Below, in pieces: positions 16,194 through 23,460 of a stretch of DNA of 24,000 nt. The DNA is from Frigoribacterium sp. PvP032. GTDB lineage: Bacteria; Actinomycetota; Actinomycetes; Actinomycetales; Microbacteriaceae. The stretch lies in the NCBI RefSeq assembly GCF_017833035.1, contig NZ_JAFIBM010000001.1:2291762-2315761 (forward strand), written 5' to 3'. The translations under genes were made by a program, and so were the position numbers. The notes beneath the pieces are model-generated. The model was given only the letters and a program-made list of their open reading frames with translations. It had not been told where the DNA came from and searched no databases. How positions within the stretch are numbered: position 1 is the first letter of the stretch; every line of letters begins with the position of its first letter.

Positions 16194-17041
16194 CCGACGC
16201 GACCGCCACCTCGACGCCCGAGGACGAGGGCACCGCGCCCGAGGACGAGGGCACCGCACCGGATGTCGACGTCCTCGCCGCCCCCGGCACGCTCCCCCTC
16301 GCCGGCCGTCGCGCGCTCGTCACCCTGCTGACCCACCGCTTCGTCTCGCGGGCGCGGCAGAAGGAGGCGTGGGCCGGACTCCTGGCGCACGAGGCCGACA
16401 TCCGCGCCCGCCTGTCCGAGCTGTTCCTCGAGCTCGAGGTCGACCACGGGCACGAGGTCGCGTTCAAGCGACAGTCCGGCGGAGATGACGCGCCCGTGCT
16501 GCTGCGCCGCGAGAAGCCGCTGTCGCGCGACGCGTCGTTCTTGCTCGTGTTCCTGCGGCGCGAGCACGCCTACACCGACGGCGACGACGAGGCCGTGGTC
16601 GTCTCGCGCGACCAGATCGCGGAGTTCCTCGGCCGGTTCCACGACGACACCGGCCGCGACGAGGTGCGGGCCGACCGCCGCGTCGACGCCGCGATCGCCG
16701 CCATGGTGTCGCGCGACCTGCTCGAGCCCGAGCCCGACGACCCGCAGCTCTTCACCGTCTCGCCCGCGATCGTCCCCCTGGTCAGGCCGGAGCAGCTGGC
16801 GCACCTCGAGCAGGTGTACCTCGACGCCGCAGGAGGCGCGGGTCACGACGCCGAGGTCGGTCCCGACCTCGACGAGGCCGAGCCGGGCGCCGAGGGAGAC
16901 GCCGACGAGCCCGACGCCGACGCCGACCTCGACGAGCCCGAGCCCGACGCCGACCAGCACGCCCCCGACCCCACGGCGGTCGCGCTCGACCTCGACCTCC
17001 CGCTCGACCTCCCCCGCGACACGGAAGCAGACCAGGCATGA
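16190..17041 (+). CDS. jetB: JetB (Wadjet/MksE-like subunit, DUF4194 family) with a long acidic C-terminal tail
   Basis: 283 aa. The core RRALVTLLTHRFVSRARQKEAWAGLLAHEADIRARLSELFLELEVDHGHEVAFKRQ...LSRDASFLLVFLRRE matches the DUF4194 pattern. ATGA overlaps occur at both ends (16190-16193 and 17038-17041). Confidence 0.85.
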   Translation: MTDATATSTPEDEGTAPEDEGTAPDVDVLAAPGTLPLAGRRALVTLLTHRFVSRARQKEAWAGLLAHEADIRARLSELFLELEVDHGHEVAFKRQSGGDDAPVLLRREKPLSRDASFLLVFLRREHAYTDGDDEAVVVSRDQIAEFLGRFHDDTGRDEVRADRRVDAAIAAMVSRDLLEPEPDDPQLFTVSPAIVPLVRPEQLAHLEQVYLDAAGGAGHDAEVGPDLDEAEPGAEGDADEPDADADLDEPEPDADQHAPDPTAVALDLDLPLDLPRDTEADQA

Positions 17042-20000
17042 CCCCCGCCTCCCCCGCCGACGCGACCACCGCCTCCTCGGCTGCCCCGGCCGCCGCGAGC
17101 GCACCCGAACCCGCACTCGCACTCGCACTCGGCGAGACGACCGGCACAGCACCCGACGCGACGCTCGAGACCCCCGCGCTCGACGTCGACGTCGCCCCCG
17201 ACGACGCCCCGGACCTCGGCATGTTCCACTCGGGCCAGTACCGGATCGAGCTCGTGCAGCTGCTCAACTGGGGCAGCTACGCCGGCCTGCACCGCATGCC
17301 CGTCGGGCGCGGCGGCATCGCGATCCTCGGCCCGACCGGGCGCGGCAAGTCGACGGTGCTCGACGCGATGAGCGCCGTGATCATGCCGAACCCGCAGGAG
17401 TTCAACCGGGCGGCGCGCGACGACTCCCGCCAGCGCTCCGAGCGCACGGTCTACAGCTACGCCCGCGGCAAGACCGACGAGGTGCGCGACGCCGCCTCCG
17501 ACCAGACGACGACGCGGTTCCTCCGTCCGCTCGGCGAGGCGTTCGCGAGCGGCTCGGCCATCACCTGGAGCACCGAGCTCGGCGAGACCCTCACCGCCGT
17601 CCGCCTCGCCTGGATCAGCCCCGAGACGTCCAGCCAGGACGAGGTCACCCAGTCGACCGTCTACCTGCTCGTCCGCGGTCGCTTCGACCTCAGCCGCCTC
17701 ACCGAGGCGCGCCGCGACCCCACCAGCACCTCCCCGCTGACGAAGAGCTCGCTCAGCCGGCTCGTCGACCCGGCGCACGACCTCGTCACGTACTCGCAGC
17801 CCGAGCTCCGCGTCCGGCTCTGCGGCGTGCTCGGCATCGGCGGCAGCGACGAGTCGCAGCTCAAGGCGCTGACGCTGCTGCGACGCGCGCAGGCGTCGAA
17901 GGGCGTCTTCTCGATCGACGAGCTGTTCACCCAGTTCGTGCTGACGCAGCCGAAGGCGCTGTCGCGCTGGGAGACGACGCTGGCGACCTACCGCGAGGCC
18001 TCGCAGCTCTACGACGTCTTCGAGACGACCCGCAAGAAGCTCGAGGTGCTCGAGCCCGTGCCTGCCCTCGCCGAGCAGTGGCAGACCGCGGGCGACGACG
18101 CGACGGCCAAGCGCCGCCTGCTGGCCGAGGGCGACGAGCCCGGTGCCGAGCCGAGCCGCCTGCGGGTCTGGCTGGCCGGCAAGGTCGGCGACTGGGTGGG
18201 CGGCGAGGTCGACCGCGTCCAGCTCGCGAAGCGCGAGGCGACCGAGACGAGGAGGCGCGCGGCCGACGACGAGGAGGTCGCGCTCCGTGCCCGTGAGCAG
18301 GCCCTCGCGCAGATCGCCGACCTCGGCGGCGATCCCTCGCACTCGCTCCGCGAGCAGGTGCGCTGGGCCGAGGACGCGCTTGCCCGCGTCGAGGCGCAGC
18401 ACCGGCGCTTCGCGACGCCGCTCGAGGGCGTCGGCGAGGCCGTGCCGACCTCGGCCGACGAGCTCGAGGCCCTGCGCGCTCGCGCAGCCTCGCTCGCCGC
18501 CGAGGAGAAGTCCGCCCGCCGCGAGCACGACGAGCTGCGCGGAGAGCTCGCCGCCCGGATCGCCGAGACGCGTCGTGCCGTGGGCGAGCGCCAGCGGCAG
18601 AAGGAGTCGTTCGAGCGCCGCCGCAGCAACGTGCCCGACGAGGCCGTCGAGCGTCGCCGCCGCATCGCCGACGGCACGGGCGTGCCCGTCTCCCGCCTGC
18701 CGTACGCGGGCGAGCTGATGGAGGTCGCCCCCGAGCACCGCGACTGGAGCACCGCGGTCGAGCGGGTCCTCGGCGAGCTGGCCACGCACCTCCTCGTCGA
18801 CGCGGACGACTTCGCGGCCGTCCGCCGCTTCGTCGATGCCGAGGACATGCGCGGCCGCGTGACCCTCGTGCCCGCGACGCCCGGTCTCACGCCTCGCCTG
18901 ACGCCGTTCGCCCGCACCGTGCCGTCGATGCTCGTGCTCGACGAGGCGAGCCCGTTCCGCGGCTGGCTGCACGACGAGCTCGTCGCCGAGCGCAGCGTGC
19001 TCTGCGTCGAGGGCGCCGACGACCTCGACGCACCGCTGCCCGACGGCGCGCGCGGGGCCGTCACCCGTGCAGGTCTCCGCACCGGAGGCGGTCGTCGCGT
19101 CACGAAGGACGACCGCCGGATCCGCTCCTGGATCGGCCTCGACAACGCCGCCCGCGTCGCCGAGCTCGGCGACGAGATCGACGAGCTGACCCGTTCGCTC
19201 GACGCCGCCCGTGCGGAGTGGGACGCCGCCGAGACCGTCGCGGGCGCCCGCCGCCGCGTGGTCGAGACGATCGAGCGCGCCGTGGAGACCAGCTGGTCGG
19301 ACGTCGACGCCGCCCCGGCTCGCGCCCGCCTCGACGACCTGCGCGGCCAGCTCGAGCGGGTCGCCCTCGAGCGTCCCGAGGTCGCGACGCTGCAGGCCGC
19401 CGCCGCCGAGCACGACGAGGCCCGGCTCGAGGCCGTCCGCCGCGGAGCCGAGGTGCAGCAGGTGCTCGACCAGCTCGAGCAGACGCACGCGACCCTCGTC
19501 GACATCGAGGACGCGTTCAGCGACGCCCTGCACGCCGCCGACCCGCTCGACAACCACGAGCGCTCCCTGCTCAGCACCCTGCCGTTCACCGCGCCGCGCG
19601 AGGCCGCCGACGTCGAGCGCTCGCGCCGTGAGGCCGCCGCCCAGCTGCGGTCGCAGATCGACGCGCACGACCGCGAGCGGGGCCAGCACGAGCTGACCCT
19701 CGAGCTCGTCTTCGCGCGCTACCTCGAGCTCGACCGCAACGCCGGGATCGACGCCACGATCGACAGCCTGCCTGCCGTGCTCGCGCTCCACCGCGGGCTC
19801 GTCGACGACGACCTGCCGCACGCCAAGGAGAGCTGGCTCGAGAAGGCCGGCAGCGACATGGGCGACAGCCTGCGTGCGCTGCTCGTGCAGATCGAGGAGG
19901 ACGGCCACGTCATCCGCCGCGGCGTCCGCCCCATCTCGGAGGCGCTCCGCGCGATCGAGTTCCGCGAGGGCTCGACGCTCGACATCGAGCCGCGTCCCGT

Positions 20001-20703
20001 CTCGAACAGCGACCTTGCCGACTTCCGGCGCACGCTGCGCGAGCACCTGGGCGACGCGCGCGGCGCGGGCTCGGCGTCGGCGACGGGCTCGAGCACGAGC
20101 ACGAGCACGAGCACGAGCGCAGGAGGCGCGGGCTCGGACGGCGCGTCCGTCCCGTCTCGGGAACCGGCCGAGGTCGAGCGACGGTTCCTCCGCCTCCGGA
20201 AGGACCTGGCCCACCTCGAGGAGCGCTCGAAGGTCGGTGACGCCTGGCGCCGTCGGGTGCTCGACGCGCGGGAGCACTTCCAGTTCCGAGCGATCGAGAC
20301 GCGGGCCGACGGCACGCAGATCGTGCACGAGGGCGTGGCCGGCAAGTCGGGCGGCGAAGGTCAGGAGCTGATCGCGTTCGTGCTCGGTGCCGCCCTGCGG
20401 TTCCGGCTCGGCGACGGCACCGACCGGGTGCCGACCTACGCGCCGATCGTGCTCGACGAGGGCTTCGTCAAGGCCGACACGGAGTACACCGGTCGCGCCC
20501 TGTCGGCGTTGCGCTCACTCGGGTTCCAGCTCGTCGTGGGAGCCCCGCGCGACAAGGTCGCCGCCTTCGAGCAGCACGTCGAGAGCGTGGCCTACATCTC
20601 GAGCGACCCGACCCGCCCCGAGCTCTCGCGCATCTGGCCGCTCACGATCCGCGAGGCGATGGAGGTCGAGCGCCACGGCCTCGACCCGGCCCTCCTCGGC
20701 TAG
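17038..20703 (+). CDS. jetC: JetC (Wadjet/MukB-MksB-like SMC ATPase)
   Basis: 1221 aa. The head is YRIELVQLLNWGSYAGL...AILGPTGRGKSTVLDAMSAV (Walker A). About 700 aa of Ala/Glu/Arg/Leu-rich coiled-coil-like sequence follow. The C-terminal head carries the KSGGEGQELIAFVLGAAL signature and the PIVLDEGFVKAD Walker B. The roughly 60-aa N-terminus is low-complexity, and an alternative start is ATG 17221 (MFHSGQY). Confidence 0.9.
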   Translation: MTPASPADATTASSAAPAAASAPEPALALALGETTGTAPDATLETPALDVDVAPDDAPDLGMFHSGQYRIELVQLLNWGSYAGLHRMPVGRGGIAILGPTGRGKSTVLDAMSAVIMPNPQEFNRAARDDSRQRSERTVYSYARGKTDEVRDAASDQTTTRFLRPLGEAFASGSAITWSTELGETLTAVRLAWISPETSSQDEVTQSTVYLLVRGRFDLSRLTEARRDPTSTSPLTKSSLSRLVDPAHDLVTYSQPELRVRLCGVLGIGGSDESQLKALTLLRRAQASKGVFSIDELFTQFVLTQPKALSRWETTLATYREASQLYDVFETTRKKLEVLEPVPALAEQWQTAGDDATAKRRLLAEGDEPGAEPSRLRVWLAGKVGDWVGGEVDRVQLAKREATETRRRAADDEEVALRAREQALAQIADLGGDPSHSLREQVRWAEDALARVEAQHRRFATPLEGVGEAVPTSADELEALRARAASLAAEEKSARREHDELRGELAARIAETRRAVGERQRQKESFERRRSNVPDEAVERRRRIADGTGVPVSRLPYAGELMEVAPEHRDWSTAVERVLGELATHLLVDADDFAAVRRFVDAEDMRGRVTLVPATPGLTPRLTPFARTVPSMLVLDEASPFRGWLHDELVAERSVLCVEGADDLDAPLPDGARGAVTRAGLRTGGGRRVTKDDRRIRSWIGLDNAARVAELGDEIDELTRSLDAARAEWDAAETVAGARRRVVETIERAVETSWSDVDAAPARARLDDLRGQLERVALERPEVATLQAAAAEHDEARLEAVRRGAEVQQVLDQLEQTHATLVDIEDAFSDALHAADPLDNHERSLLSTLPFTAPREAADVERSRREAAAQLRSQIDAHDRERGQHELTLELVFARYLELDRNAGIDATIDSLPAVLALHRGLVDDDLPHAKESWLEKAGSDMGDSLRALLVQIEEDGHVIRRGVRPISEALRAIEFREGSTLDIEPRPVSNSDLADFRRTLREHLGDARGAGSASATGSSTSTSTSTSAGGAGSDGASVPSREPAEVERRFLRLRKDLAHLEERSKVGDAWRRRVLDAREHFQFRAIETRADGTQIVHEGVAGKSGGEGQELIAFVLGAALRFRLGDGTDRVPTYAPIVLDEGFVKADTEYTGRALSALRSLGFQLVVGAPRDKVAAFEQHVESVAYISSDPTRPELSRIWPLTIREAMEVERHGLDPALLG
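20091..20120 (+). repeat. In-frame hexanucleotide microsatellite (GAGCAC)x4 plus GAGCGC inside jetC
   Basis: Direct reading gives gagcac x4 (20091-20114) followed by gagcgc. It encodes the Ser/Thr run in ...GSSTSTSTSTSAGG..., in a low-complexity insert just before the C-terminal head domain. Confidence 0.9.
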
Positions 20704-20758
20704 CCGCCCCGCCCCGGCGGCTCCGGCTGATCTGGGCCGCCTCCGCCCGCTCGCCCCT

Positions 20759-20816
20759 CCGAGTGGTCAGCAACGGTCGTCCCCTCGAGTGCAAGGGACA
20801 GTTGCTGACCACTCGG
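20759..20816 (+). terminator. Hairpin downstream of jetC, a candidate intrinsic terminator without a U-tract
   Basis: Perfect 16-bp stem CCGAGTGGTCAGCAAC (20759-20774) / GTTGCTGACCACTCGG (20801-20816). The loop has additional internal GTCCC/GGGAC pairing. It starts 55 nt after the jetC TAG. Confidence 0.5.
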
Positions 20817-20867
20817 CTGCGCACGCCTCCTCGTCCCCACCTGCGCCCACGGCTACAACCGGAAGTC

Positions 20868-20969
20868 GGCGGGTTCCCGTCGCCCCCGGCGGGTCAGCCC
20901 CCGCCCGCCGTCGGCGACGGGAACCCGCCGCACACCACAGCAACCCGCCCACAGCGACCACGACCCGCC
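20868..20969 (-). repeat. Phased heptamer array D1, the mirror image of U1/U2
   Basis: GGCGGGT occurs at 20868 and 20888. GCCCGCC (1 mismatch) occurs at 20903, and ACCCGCC at 20923, 20943 and 20963. All sites are on a 20-bp register with the same 8-nt central spacer as the U arrays. The reverse complement therefore reproduces the 4+2 architecture of U1/U2. Perfect 18-bp arms: CGGCGGGTTCCCGTCGCC (20867-20884) / GGCGACGGGAACCCGCCG (20913-20930). Confidence 0.9.
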
Positions 20970-21009
20970 GACATCTGTCCACCACCGACTCGCCGTGTTC
21001 TCACATCTC

Positions 21010-21111
21010 GGCGGGTTCCCGTCGCTCGCGGCGGGTCAGCCCCCGCCCGCCGCCGGCGACGGGAACCCGCCGCACACGACGACTACCCGCCGACGGCGAC
21101 GGGGACCCGCC
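21010..21111 (-). repeat. Phased heptamer array D2 (tandem to D1, offset 142 bp)
   Basis: GGCGGGT occurs at 21010 and 21030. GCCCGCC occurs at 21045, and ACCCGCC at 21065, 21085 and 21105. Perfect 17-bp arms: CGGCGGGTTCCCGTCGC (21009-21025) / GCGACGGGAACCCGCCG (21056-21072). Confidence 0.9.
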
Positions 21112-21172
21112 GACTTCGAGGAGGCGGTGGTCGGGTCGGCTGCAGCGGCAAAGTGGGACTGGGGCGCGTAGG

Positions 21173-21228
21173 CGAGAGGCCCCGAATCGACGTGTCGGGG
21201 GCGGGGAACGCCGATTCGGGGCCTCTCG
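21173..21228 (-). terminator. Hairpin downstream of the minus-strand metabolic operon, a candidate terminator
   Basis: Perfect 17-bp stem CGAGAGGCCCCGAATCG (21173-21189) / CGATTCGGGGCCTCTCG (21212-21228). It lies 44 nt beyond the stop of the 21272-22183 gene. Confidence 0.55.
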
Positions 21229-21271
21229 TGAGGCGCGCGGGGGGCGGAGGCGAGCGCGAGGGCGAGCCGGG

Positions 21272-22183
21272 TCAGAGGGCTCGGGTGGGCGGGCCCGTGT
21301 AGTCCGCGAGGAAGCCCTTCGGCAGCGGGCCCTTGATGCGCTGGCCGGACTGCGACTCCTCCCAGGCGTGCGCCAGGATGCCGACCGACCGCGACAGCAC
21401 GAACAGGCCACGCGCGAGCTCCGGCTCGATGCCGAGCTCGCCGTAGACGACGGCCGAGACGCCGTCGATGTTCATCGGGACGTCCTTGGCCGCCAGCTCC
21501 TCCTCGATCGCCAGGGCAGCCGCGAGGTGCTTGCCCGCCACGACGCCGTCGTCGCGTGCCCGCTCGATGAGTGCCAGCAACGGGTCGCGACGGGGATCAC
21601 GCGGGTGCCACCGGTGGCCGAAGCCCGGCACGAAGGCGCCGCGCGCCTTGTACGAGGCCACGAGGGAGGCGGCGAGCTCGTCGAGAAGACGCCCGCCACC
21701 CAGCTCACCAGCCGTGCCGATCCCGCCAGCGCTCGAGTCCGAGCCCGAGCCCTCGTGCGCCGCGACCAGCTCGTTCAGCAGCGCGACGCACTGCTGACCC
21801 GCGCCTCCGTGGGTGTCGCCCAGCACGTTCACCCCGTTCGCGATCGCCGAGTTGAGGCCGACGCCCGAGGTCGCCGCCATGCGCGCGCTCGCGATCGACG
21901 GCGCCTGCGGTCCGTGGTCGACGCTCGCGACGAGGGCGGCCTCGAGCAGGGCGGCCTGCTCGGGCGAGGGCAGCTCGCCGCGCGTCATCAACCACACCGT
22001 GCTGATGAAGTCCACGTTCCCGATCAGCTGCTGCACCGGGTAGCCGCGCAGCTCGATGACCCCGGGCTCGATCTTCGTGATCGCGGTCGACCACCACGCC
22101 GTCGTCGACGCGAGCCGCGCCTCGAGCCGGGCGTTCTCGGCCCGGGCCGCGGCGAGCTGCTCTTCCAGCGAACTCGCGCTCAC
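21272..22183 (-). CDS. Citryl-CoA lyase-like protein (citrate synthase superfamily, short form)
   Basis: Only the C-terminal 303 codons of the 756-aa track ORF are credible. GTG at 22183 is preceded by GGGAGG and overlaps the upstream stop (GTGA). The segments WWSTAITKIEPGVIELRGYPVQQLIG, LVASVDHGPQAPS, NVLGDTHGGAGQ, VPGFGHRWHP.DPR and FVLSRSVGILAHAWEE (the catalytic His/Asp context of citrate-synthase-like enzymes) support the call. Confidence 0.85.
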   Translation of the reverse strand: MSASSLEEQLAAARAENARLEARLASTTAWWSTAITKIEPGVIELRGYPVQQLIGNVDFISTVWLMTRGELPSPEQAALLEAALVASVDHGPQAPSIASARMAATSGVGLNSAIANGVNVLGDTHGGAGQQCVALLNELVAAHEGSGSDSSAGGIGTAGELGGGRLLDELAASLVASYKARGAFVPGFGHRWHPRDPRRDPLLALIERARDDGVVAGKHLAAALAIEEELAAKDVPMNIDGVSAVVYGELGIEPELARGLFVLSRSVGILAHAWEESQSGQRIKGPLPKGFLADYTGPPTRAL

Positions 22184-23460
22184 ACCGCACCTCCCTCGTG
22201 CAGCGCGCGGATCTCCGCCGCACCGTATCCGAGCTCGGCCAGCACCTCGTCCGTGTGCTCCCCGAGCAGCGGCGGCGGCACGGTCGGTGCGCCCGGCACG
22301 CCGTCGAAGCGGATGCCGTGCCCCATGACGCGCAGCGGCTCGTCGCCGGCGGCTCCCCCGGGGAACGGCAGCGAGTGCACCAGCTCCCGGTCGCGCACCT
22401 GCGGGCTGTCGAGCATCTCGGCGACCGTGAGCACGGCGGCGGCGGGCACTCCGGCGTCGCTGAGCAGCGCCTCCCACGCAAGTGCAGACCGCGACGCCAG
22501 AGCTGACTCGAGCTCGGCGGTCAGCGCAGCCCGGTGCGTCTTGCGCGCCTCCCGCTCGGCGAACCGCGGGTCGGCGACGAGGTCGGGGCGGCCGACGACG
22601 CCGCAGAGCAGCTCGAACTGCTCCTGCTTGTTGGCGGCGATGTTGAGGGCGCCGTCGCCCGTCGCGAAGGTGCCGGAGGGGGCGGCCGTGCCGTTGTCGT
22701 TGCCGAGCGGCTGCGGCTCGGTGCCCGCGACGAGGTGGTTCGAGACGACCCAGCCCATCGCGGTCGCGGCGGTCTCGAGCATCGACACGTCGATCACCGA
22801 GCCGACGCCGGTGCGCTCCCGGCCGAGCAGCGCCGACGAGATCGCGAAGGCGGCGGCGAGCCCGCCGAGCGTGTCCGCGATCGGGTACCCGGCGCGCAAC
22901 GGAGCGGTCGAGGGGGTCCCGGTGACGCTCATCATCCCCGAGCTGCCCTGGATGATCTGGTCGTAGGCCGGCTTCGACCGCAGCGGCCCGGTCTGCCCGA
23001 AGCCCGAGATCGCCGCATAGACCAGCCGCGGGTTGATCGCGCGGAGCGCGTCCCAGCCGAAGCCGAGCCGCTCGAGCACCCCGGGCCGGAAGTTCTCGAG
23101 CAGCACGTCGGACTCCGCGACCGCCCTGCGGAGCACCTCCGCGCCTCCCTCGGTCTTGAGGTCGACCGTCAGCGAGCGCTTCTGGGCGTTCTGTGCCAAG
23201 AACGAGATGCCGAGGAGGCGCCCGTTCAGCTCGGCAGACGCACCGAGCTGGCGGGCCAGGTCGCCGCCCCTCGGCGTCTCCACCTTGATGACATCCGCTC
23301 CGAGCAGGGCCAGCTGGTAGGCCGCGTACGGCCCGGCCAGCACGTTCGTCATGTCGAGGACTCGGATCCCGTCGAGCGGGCGAGGCGCAGGCGCCGGCGC
23401 GGGCCCAGGCCCAGGCGCAGACCCGGGCACGGTCGGGCCTGCGGGTGGGGCGTCGATCAC
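22180..23460 (-). CDS. Family III CoA-transferase (CaiB/BaiF family)
   Basis: 426 aa. LDGIRVLDMTNVLAGPYAAYQLALLGADVIKVE is the signature N-terminal motif of family III CoA-transferases. The GTG start overlaps the tctA stop (GTGA at 23457-23460). Confidence 0.9.
   Translation of the reverse strand: MIDAPPAGPTVPGSAPGPGPAPAPAPRPLDGIRVLDMTNVLAGPYAAYQLALLGADVIKVETPRGGDLARQLGASAELNGRLLGISFLAQNAQKRSLTVDLKTEGGAEVLRRAVAESDVLLENFRPGVLERLGFGWDALRAINPRLVYAAISGFGQTGPLRSKPAYDQIIQGSSGMMSVTGTPSTAPLRAGYPIADTLGGLAAAFAISSALLGRERTGVGSVIDVSMLETAATAMGWVVSNHLVAGTEPQPLGNDNGTAAPSGTFATGDGALNIAANKQEQFELLCGVVGRPDLVADPRFAEREARKTHRAALTAELESALASRSALAWEALLSDAGVPAAAVLTVAEMLDSPQVRDRELVHSLPFPGGAAGDEPLRVMGHGIRFDGVPGAPTVPPPLLGEHTDEVLAELGYGAAEIRALHEGGAV

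Noticed and set aside
16843-20328. A 1161-aa minus-strand ORF antisense to jetC. Similar antisense or off-frame ORFs cover jetA/jetB: 14127-16259 minus, 15239-17152 minus, 16485-18296 plus and 14324-15955 plus.
   Set aside because: These are shadow ORFs with no recognisable motifs. The plus-strand jetA/B/C frames have high GC3, family-specific motifs and ATGA coupling.
20704-21271. A hidden or degraded jetD downstream of jetC.
   Set aside because: Only about 570 bp are available, whereas JetD-type proteins need about 1.2 kb. Every frame here is dominated by the hairpin and the heptamer arrays, and I could see no Toprim-like or DUF2220-like motifs. A very short remnant cannot be excluded without an HMM or tblastn search.
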